Shown here: positions 18,038-23,224 of the stretch, piece after piece
How positions within the stretch are numbered: the stretch's first letter is position 1
Layout of the letters: the number at the start of each line of letters is the position of its first letter
From: a virus
Taxonomy: Duplodnaviria > Heunggongvirae > Uroviricota > Caudoviricetes
Direction: 5' to 3' (one strand)
IMG/VR virus record: IMGVR_UViG_3300033068_001610
Coordinates: 64,001 to 87,224 of that record
Length of the DNA stretch: 23,224 bases
The notes under the pieces: generated by a model
The model's database searches: none
What the model was told of the DNA's origin: nothing
What the model saw: only the letters and a program-made list of their open reading frames with translations
Translations under genes and position numbers: made by a program

Positions 18038-18553
18038 CTATTTCTTGATTCCCCAAAAGTAAAGATCTGTATCTCCACGTTCCAGGCTTAATGAACTCAT
18101 TTCAAAATATGAAATAGGAAGAACAGAATAGAAATCTTCTATTGAGATATTTCTATAATGATCTAATGTAAATTTACTATCTTGAGGAGTATGATTATTT
18201 GTACCATGCTCTTGTCTTTTGGGACCTGCACATGTAAGAATAAAAATTCCTCCTGGTTTTGTATTCTTGTACATCATGGAAAGAGCTTTGTCCCATTGCT
18301 CACAATGTTCTAACATTTCTGAAGATATTACTACATCATATTTATCTGGCATAGGAAAGTCATTTATTGAAATAACCATATCTACTCCAGGAGCTTCCCC
18401 TAGATCTATACCAAGGTAGTCACAATCTTTAAAATGTTTTCTTACTGAGCCATTAATATCCTGGCTTCCCACTTCTAATACAGTTTTATCTTCAAAATAA
18501 GAAGGAAACTGTTGTTTTACTTTTATTACAAAGCTGTCAATTTCTGGGTGCAT
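18038..18553 (-). CDS. Class I SAM-dependent methyltransferase
   Basis: VLEVGSQDINGS, YLGID...GVD, DVVISSEMLEHC, KPGGIFILT. Confidence 0.85.
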   Translation of the reverse strand: MHPEIDSFVIKVKQQFPSYFEDKTVLEVGSQDINGSVRKHFKDCDYLGIDLGEAPGVDMVISINDFPMPDKYDVVISSEMLEHCEQWDKALSMMYKNTKPGGIFILTCAGPKRQEHGTNNHTPQDSKFTLDHYRNISIEDFYSVLPISYFEMSSLSLERGDTDLYFWGIKK

Positions 18554-18554
18554 C

Positions 18555-19037
18555 TTAATTTATTTTTAATAGTTTAATTATTTTTCTAAACGTGTTAATA
18601 TCTTTACATTCTCCTCTAAATGTAGGTTCAGTATAATAGTTTTCTACTAATGAAGGATCTTTTATAATTAATGTAATTTTATTAGTATTGAAGTTCCAAC
18701 TTAACATGTAATTTCTATCTTCTCTAAAAAAAGTGTAAGTCATGTTTTCAGGAACAATGTCTCCTTTGTACTCAGTTACAAATGATGTCCATCCTTCAGC
18801 TTCTATTTGTTCTTTAGTGAGATAGGGTACTCTTATCTGATAAATTTCAAACATTCTTTTTAAATTATACCCTAAAAAAGCATCAGGATAAGTCATTTTT
18901 ACCCAAGTATCTTCTTCTGGTTGAGGCATAAAATGTATAAAATTTAGATCATATGGTTTGCCTTTTTGAAAAATCTCATATTGATATCCTATATGAAAAT
19001 CTTCTATATTTGGTGTAAAATATTTATTTTCTTCCAT
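18555..19037 (-). CDS. Hypothetical protein (160 aa)
   Basis: KYFTPNIEDFHIGYQYE N-terminus; operonic packing. Confidence 0.7.
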   Translation of the reverse strand: MEENKYFTPNIEDFHIGYQYEIFQKGKPYDLNFIHFMPQPEEDTWVKMTYPDAFLGYNLKRMFEIYQIRVPYLTKEQIEAEGWTSFVTEYKGDIVPENMTYTFFREDRNYMLSWNFNTNKITLIIKDPSLVENYYTEPTFRGECKDINTFRKIIKLLKIN

Positions 19038-19785
19038 CTATAAAGTTTTTTAATAATTGTACATAATCATGATTCCAATGAGGATTTAATTGTATTTCTC
19101 CTATTGGAATTTTTCCTTGTTTTCTAAGAAGTTCTATATGTAAAGAATGTCTTTCAATAACATTAGGTCTTCCTTCAATATCATGTCCCATTCCTGATTG
19201 ATGATAAAGATCTGCAGATGGCATAGCCCATCTATACATCCAACTAGCTTCTTCTTTAGGAGGACTAGCAAAAGTTCTTCCTCCATATTTAGCAAGACGT
19301 TCTATGAAAGTCATATCATACCCTGCATTTTCTATAGGATGATATCCAATAGCTTCCCAAGCTGCTTTTCTGAATACAATGCCAGAATTACCAATCCAAG
19401 TAATATCAGTAATATTAGGTTCATTATAAAATATACCATTTTGCCAATGGAGGATATTAGTTTCATCTGTAAAGTATTTAGCAACATTTTTTAAATGATT
19501 AGGTAAAGCAATATCGTCATCATCCCATTGACAAATAATATCACCTTGACAAACACTAGTGGCATAAGTTTCTTTATCCCCTATAGTTTTAAATGTTTGG
19601 TCAAAATTAATGATTGTAACTCTTGGGTCATCATATTTAAGCTTCTGTAAGGCATAATCATTAATAATGATGAGTTCACACCTATCTTTAGGATAATCTT
19701 GCCTGAGGAAGCTTTCAATAGTCTCCTCAAGCAAGTTTACTCTACCATAGGTTATACATTTACAACTTATGAATGGCAATTCCAT
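19024..19785 (-). CDS. GT2 family glycosyltransferase
   Basis: ISCKCITYGR..LLEETIESFLRQDY, LIIIND, ICQWDDDD. Confidence 0.85.
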   Translation of the reverse strand: MELPFISCKCITYGRVNLLEETIESFLRQDYPKDRCELIIINDYALQKLKYDDPRVTIINFDQTFKTIGDKETYATSVCQGDIICQWDDDDIALPNHLKNVAKYFTDETNILHWQNGIFYNEPNITDITWIGNSGIVFRKAAWEAIGYHPIENAGYDMTFIERLAKYGGRTFASPPKEEASWMYRWAMPSADLYHQSGMGHDIEGRPNVIERHSLHIELLRKQGKIPIGEIQLNPHWNHDYVQLLKNFIDGRK

Positions 19786-20078
19786 TACCAGATATGAATT
19801 ATGTCAAATGGTGATACCATTAATACATCTTTTTCTGAAGAAAGAGGAATCAAAAGTCCTTGTGATAATTTACTAGGATCTACTAATACTTCATCTCCTT
19901 CTTTGATATCACTTACAAGATCTCCTACAGCATACACTACAAGATGTGACATTTTTTTAAGAAGTTCTTTATTTAAAGCATCTTTTGTATTTTCATCTAC
20001 AATAAGTTTACTTTCTTCTTTTTTTGGTAATGAGATATAAACTCTATTACCTCTTAGTTTTTTAAATTCTTTAGCCAT
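19785..20078 (-). CDS. GroES-like co-chaperonin
   Basis: KLRGNRVYI...SKLIVD (mobile-loop region)...VYAVGDLVSDIKEGDEVLV...DII. Confidence 0.65.
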   Translation of the reverse strand: MAKEFKKLRGNRVYISLPKKEESKLIVDENTKDALNKELLKKMSHLVVYAVGDLVSDIKEGDEVLVDPSKLSQGLLIPLSSEKDVLMVSPFDIIHIW

Positions 20079-20081
20079 TTT

Positions 20082-20339
20082 TTAAATTGTTAGTGCTTTC
20101 ACTGCCCACATACAAGCTTCTTCATAAGCTGTTTGAGCCAAAGCGATTAATCTTAATTTTTCTCCACTTGTAACTTGAAGTTGTTCAGCTGATTTATCAT
20201 ATGTTTTTGATACTTCATCATTTTTATGAGATTGTAACATATTAATTAAAACAGCTGTTTTAATTTTAATTTCTCCCACATGTTCTGAGTTTGATACATT
20301 AAAATCAACTCTTACTCTTTCTTCCCCTAAAGTTGCCAT
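20082..20339 (-). CDS. Acb2/Tad1-like helical hairpin protein (candidate immune-signal sponge)
   Basis: LGEERVRVDFN...RLIALAQTAYEEACMWAVKALT parallels the Tad1 segment RENACALTHVEEALMW as I recall it. Confidence 0.55.
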   Translation of the reverse strand: MATLGEERVRVDFNVSNSEHVGEIKIKTAVLINMLQSHKNDEVSKTYDKSAEQLQVTSGEKLRLIALAQTAYEEACMWAVKALTI

Positions 20340-20341
20340 AA

Positions 20342-20641
20342 TTAAATAGATAAAAGGTTAAAAAATCTTTCTTTATCTTCAGGATTTAGAGTGATTTCTG
20401 ATTGAACCACTGCTTGTTCCTTTTTACCATGAATAACTCTATTTGTTCTAACGTTAACTGAATCTGGTTGTGTAACCATTTCTTCATGAAAATCATCTAA
20501 AATGATGATAAGATCTCCATTAGGCAGTTCCATGCTGCGAATAACCATGTCAATGTTGAATGAAGCTCTTGATGTTTTTGTTTCTGGAGCTTCTGCTGTT
20601 CCCACTTGGTGGGTAATTGTGTATAAAAATTGGTTTTTCAT
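20342..20641 (-). CDS. Hypothetical protein (99 aa)
   Basis: Operonic packing, 2 nt from the next gene. Confidence 0.7.
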   Translation of the reverse strand: MKNQFLYTITHQVGTAEAPETKTSRASFNIDMVIRSMELPNGDLIIILDDFHEEMVTQPDSVNVRTNRVIHGKKEQAVVQSEITLNPEDKERFFNLLSI

Positions 20642-20645
20642 AATA

Positions 20646-20834
20646 TTATAAATTAGTTGCTGTTGTTAATGTATATGCATTTGCATAATTTGTTGAATTT
20701 CCATTTGCATTATTTGCAAGGTTTTGATATTGAGGACCTCCAAAACTTCCTCCAATTATTTGATGCCCTTCTGATAATGTGCTCCTTTTAATTTTTCCTG
20801 AGGGAACACTACTAAAATTAAAAGAAGGTGTTAA
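20646..20834 (-). CDS. Start-less 62-codon -1 frame extension of ORF 20831-21031
   Basis: Open -1 frame (LTPSFNF...TATNL*) with no ATG/GTG/TTG; ends 4 nt before ATG 20641. Confidence 0.6.
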   Translation of the reverse strand, partial: LTPSFNFSSVPSGKIKRSTLSEGHQIIGGSFGGPQYQNLANNANGNSTNYANAYTLTTATNL

Positions 20835-20840
20835 AAATTT
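20782..20840 (-). promoter_or_regulatory. Putative -1 programmed ribosomal frameshift signal
   Basis: Slippery heptamer A AAT TTT (20840-20834), then TAA, a 6-nt spacer and a 14-bp stem CTTCTTTTAATTTT/AAAATTAAAAGGAG (one G-U) with an 18-nt loop. Confidence 0.6.
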
Positions 20841-21031
20841 CTTACAAGAATTTGAACATTATCAGGATCTTTTGCATATTCTTCAGGAATTTCTCTTGTA
20901 ATTTTAAATATAAGATCTCTTTCTGATTTAGCCATTGCTGACGTTGGTTCAATAATAATTTTGGAATCTACATAGTTTCCTTCTTTGTCATAATCATGCA
21001 CTACTACTGCATACTGAAATAATTGTTTCAT
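20831..21031 (-). CDS. Small hypothetical protein (66 aa) ending VRNF*
   Basis: LFQYAVVVH...IIIEP...EIPEEY...VQILVRNF; last codons form the slippery site. Confidence 0.75.
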   Translation of the reverse strand: MKQLFQYAVVVHDYDKEGNYVDSKIIIEPTSAMAKSERDLIFKITREIPEEYAKDPDNVQILVRNF

Positions 21032-21034
21032 AAT

Positions 21035-21175
21035 CTATTGGTTTTTAAATTTATTATATTTACTGTGACCTATTTTAGATGTTGTTTTAATAACATCTTT
21101 TTTATTATTTTTAATCTGTTGTTCTATCACTGAGTTTAATCTATCAAAAACAGCTTTGTAAAAAGCTGGATACAT
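21035..21175 (-). CDS. Hypothetical protein (46 aa)
   Basis: ATG 21175 lies 1 nt after the HNH stop, so it is more likely than the overlapping start at 21229. Confidence 0.5.
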   Translation of the reverse strand: MYPAFYKAVFDRLNSVIEQQIKNNKKDVIKTTSKIGHSKYNKFKNQ

Positions 21176-21176
21176 A

Positions 21177-21569
21177 TTAAATATTATACTTTGTCTTAAG
21201 ATATTCTCTTCTTTTGTTGATTTCATCATAACGATACATGTTATTTTCTACATTTGTATGTTCATCAAGGGTCAAAAGTATAATATTTTCTTCATCTAGA
21301 CAAGCATCAGGATATTTTTCTTTAGGAAGTATATGATGAAAGTAGATACTCAGTGCTTCAGACCCTAAGTAAGTGCCACTTATCTCTGAATAATGTCTTT
21401 TTTTCCTCCAAAGTGACCTGAACAGGGCCACTTGCATGATATATGCTTCATTAACTATCTTTTCAGAGCTTAATGTTGGTTTTATGCTACATTGAGCCAT
21501 TTTTTTACGTGGTTTATGCAGAAAGCAATAGTCACTTTCTGCATTTTTTCCACATGTTTTACATTTCAT
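21177..21569 (-). CDS. HNH-type endonuclease with N-terminal CxxC...CxxH zinc finger
   Basis: MKCKTC...YCFLH and FHHILPKEKYP...EENIILLTLDEH. Confidence 0.7.
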   Translation of the reverse strand: MKCKTCGKNAESDYCFLHKPRKKMAQCSIKPTLSSEKIVNEAYIMQVALFRSLWRKKRHYSEISGTYLGSEALSIYFHHILPKEKYPDACLDEENIILLTLDEHTNVENNMYRYDEINKRREYLKTKYNI

Positions 21570-21862
21570 CAGTAATTACCTATATTAGAATGTTCTAAAA
21601 TCTTATAATGTGTTACATTAAATGGAACTTCCATATATCTATCAAATTTTTCTTGTTTAATAGTTGTACTACAGGTAAAAAATATACCTGCTTCTTGTAA
21701 AGCTTTTTGAAAATGACTAGGCTGACAACCTGTAAATCTAGTTGTTTGGATTTTATTTATAAAATCTCTCCAATCCATATCATCATACTTTTTTTCTATA
21801 TGAAAGAAAGTATAATCTTTTTCAAAACCATTGTTATAATCTACAAAAAAATAATCAGTCAT
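21569..21862 (-). CDS. Hypothetical protein
   Basis: TGATG coupling to the HNH gene; ATG 21862 avoids overlap with dut (alternative start 21898). Confidence 0.6.
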   Translation of the reverse strand: MTDYFFVDYNNGFEKDYTFFHIEKKYDDMDWRDFINKIQTTRFTGCQPSHFQKALQEAGIFFTCSTTIKQEKFDRYMEVPFNVTHYKILEHSNIGNY

Positions 21863-21872
21863 ATCTTTCCAT

Positions 21873-22385
21873 CTATCTTCCTGTTGATCCATAGCCATTT
21901 TCCCCCCTTTCTGTATCTGATAATGATTCTACTTCTTCAAATTCTATTTTTGGATATGGAATTATGATAAGTTGGCCCACTTTATCTCCTGGTTCATAAA
22001 ATTCCATTTCAAAAGTATCAGATTTATCTTCTTTACCTACAGAAATATAATCAAAAGTATCTGCTATATCTCCTCCTGGTTCAGGAGCATCATTTGCAAA
22101 AAAAGAAACTGGTTTAAATTTAAACATAATTTCTCCTCTATATCCAGAATCAATAACTCCCACTGAGTTACTAAGAACAAGATCTTTTTTAGAATTGGAG
22201 CTTCTTGGAAACAAAAGTCCAACATGTCCTTCTGGTATTTCAATAGCAAGCCCTGTTTTATAAACAATATTTCCTTCTTCATCAAAGAATCTTCTTGTTG
22301 CTACAATGTCCATACCAGCATCTCCTTCTTTAGCATATGAAGGAATGGTTGCTCTATTATTTAATTTTTTTATTTTTACATTCAT
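21873..22385 (-). CDS. dut: Trimeric dUTPase
   Basis: AGMD (motif I), FPRSS (II), GVIDSGYRGEI (III), KVGQLII (IV), RGENGYGSTG (V). Confidence 0.95.
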   Translation of the reverse strand: MNVKIKKLNNRATIPSYAKEGDAGMDIVATRRFFDEEGNIVYKTGLAIEIPEGHVGLLFPRSSNSKKDLVLSNSVGVIDSGYRGEIMFKFKPVSFFANDAPEPGGDIADTFDYISVGKEDKSDTFEMEFYEPGDKVGQLIIIPYPKIEFEEVESLSDTERGENGYGSTGR

Positions 22386-22396
22386 AATTTTTGGTT

Positions 22397-23224
22397 TTAA
22401 ATTTCTTCTTCAATTTCTACTGGCAAATCTGCTTCATCAAGAGAATGAATTTTATCAATAATTTTTTTCTTCATTTCTTCATAAAATGGTATATCAGTTT
22501 TTAGTCTTGTTTTAAACTCTTCAAGATTGTATTTGACATCATCAATGGTCATAGTTTGGCCATATTTTCTACCAATTTCAAAATCATTGATTAATGTCAA
22601 CATTTCATCTATTTTATCAATACCCACACCATAAACAATTTCAAATTGTGAAACTCTATAGGGGGGTGTCATTTTATTTTTGGTAGCTTTCACTTTAGTA
22701 ATATTACCATAAACAACGTCTCCCTCTTTAGCTTGACTTTTTGAAATTTCCACTCTAACATCAGAATAGAATTTTAAAGCATGCCCTCCTTGCGTTGTAG
22801 TTGGGTTACCAAACATAATTCCAATTTTTTCTCTATATTGGGATATTACAATAACACAAACATTATGTTTAGATAAAGCCCCTTTTAATTTAGGATAGGC
22901 ATTACTATTTAATAGTGCTTTTTTACCTATTGTAGAATCTCCAACATCTCCATCAAGTTGTTTCTTAGGGATGAGTGAACTATCTGAATCAATAATTAAT
23001 AAATCAATTTCTCCAGATTCTATTAAAGCCATAGCAATATTAAATCCTTCTTCACCACAAGAAGGTTGTGAAATTAACATTTTGTGAGTGTCTACCCCTA
23101 TTTGTTGAAAATAAGTTTTATCAACAGCATATTCGCCATCAATATAGGCAGCAACTCCTCCTGCTTTTTGACACTCTGCAACAGCATGTGCACAAATAGT
23201 AGATTTTCCTGTACCTTCCCAACC
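22397..23224 (-). CDS. recA: RecA/UvsX-like recombinase (5' end outside window)
   Basis: Frame is open to the window edge: GWEGTGKST (Walker A), YIDGE, LLIIDS (Walker B), TTQGGHALKFYSDVRVEI, KNKMTPPY. Confidence 0.93.
   Translation of the reverse strand, partial: GWEGTGKSTICAHAVAECQKAGGVAAYIDGEYAVDKTYFQQIGVDTHKMLISQPSCGEEGFNIAMALIESGEIDLLIIDSDSSLIPKKQLDGDVGDSTIGKKALLNSNAYPKLKGALSKHNVCVIVISQYREKIGIMFGNPTTTQGGHALKFYSDVRVEISKSQAKEGDVVYGNITKVKATKNKMTPPYRVSQFEIVYGVGIDKIDEMLTLINDFEIGRKYGQTMTIDDVKYNLEEFKTRLKTDIPFYEEMKKKIIDKIHSLDEADLPVEIEEEI

Noticed and set aside
20776-20810. Possible pseudoknot second stem (GTGTTC/GAGCAC) in the frameshift structure
   Set aside because: It competes with the base of the main stem and leaves no loop 3, so the geometry is doubtful; only the hairpin is claimed.
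21032-21037. TAG-ATT-ATG in-frame junction suggesting TAG recoding (code 15) or readthrough
   Set aside because: dut ends with TAG right after motif V and long ORFs contain no in-frame TAG, so TAG behaves as a stop; in-frame adjacency is a 1-in-3 coincidence.
445-22285. Other short overlapping ORFs in the track (e.g. 445-723, 2338-2595, 2665-3009, 8317-8505, 8853-9053, 9071-9496, 10949-11146, 12579-12794, 12892-13074, 16090-16302, 17160-17456, 18219-18419, 19198-19494, 19801-20040, 21707-21967, 21972-22166, 22064-22285)
   Set aside because: Antisense or out-of-frame to well-supported genes, with no motifs or coupling signals.
1-23224. tRNA/rRNA/structured ncRNA genes
   Set aside because: No cloverleaf or rRNA-like segment seen; intergenic gaps are short and AT-rich.

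Overview
AT-rich segment of a large tailed-phage (Caudoviricetes) genome, probably infecting Bacteroidota: TAnnTTTG promoter elements, A-rich leaders without obvious Shine-Dalgarno sites, Crassvirales-like gene style; the standard code (table 11) fits. The left 18 kb is mostly + strand late/virion genes: the C-terminal ~1120 aa of a giant protein, a 1087-aa fibre-like protein with 281 Pro-free G-X-X (mainly G-T-S) triplets, a lysis cassette with an M15 endolysin, small poly-Thr and Lys-rich proteins, and a ferritin-like protein. It is interrupted by an oppositely oriented cassette: a four-domain methyltransferase/GT-A/GT4/BAHT(TibC)-like glycosyltransferase plus an FkbM methyltransferase. After a bidirectional terminator (17948-17983) come - strand genes: methyltransferase, GT2, GroES-like, Acb2/Tad1-like, HNH, dUTPase and a partial RecA. 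Main leads: (1) a candidate phage-encoded protein O-glycosylation system, with TibC-like and plant SERGT/HPAT-like enzymes next to Ser/Thr-rich acceptor candidates; (2) an unannotated candidate -1 programmed frameshift (A AAU UUU, stop, hairpin, 62-codon extension); (3) a candidate nucleotide-sponge anti-defence protein; (4) a repeated bipartite promoter. All family assignments come from motif recognition by eye, not database searches.
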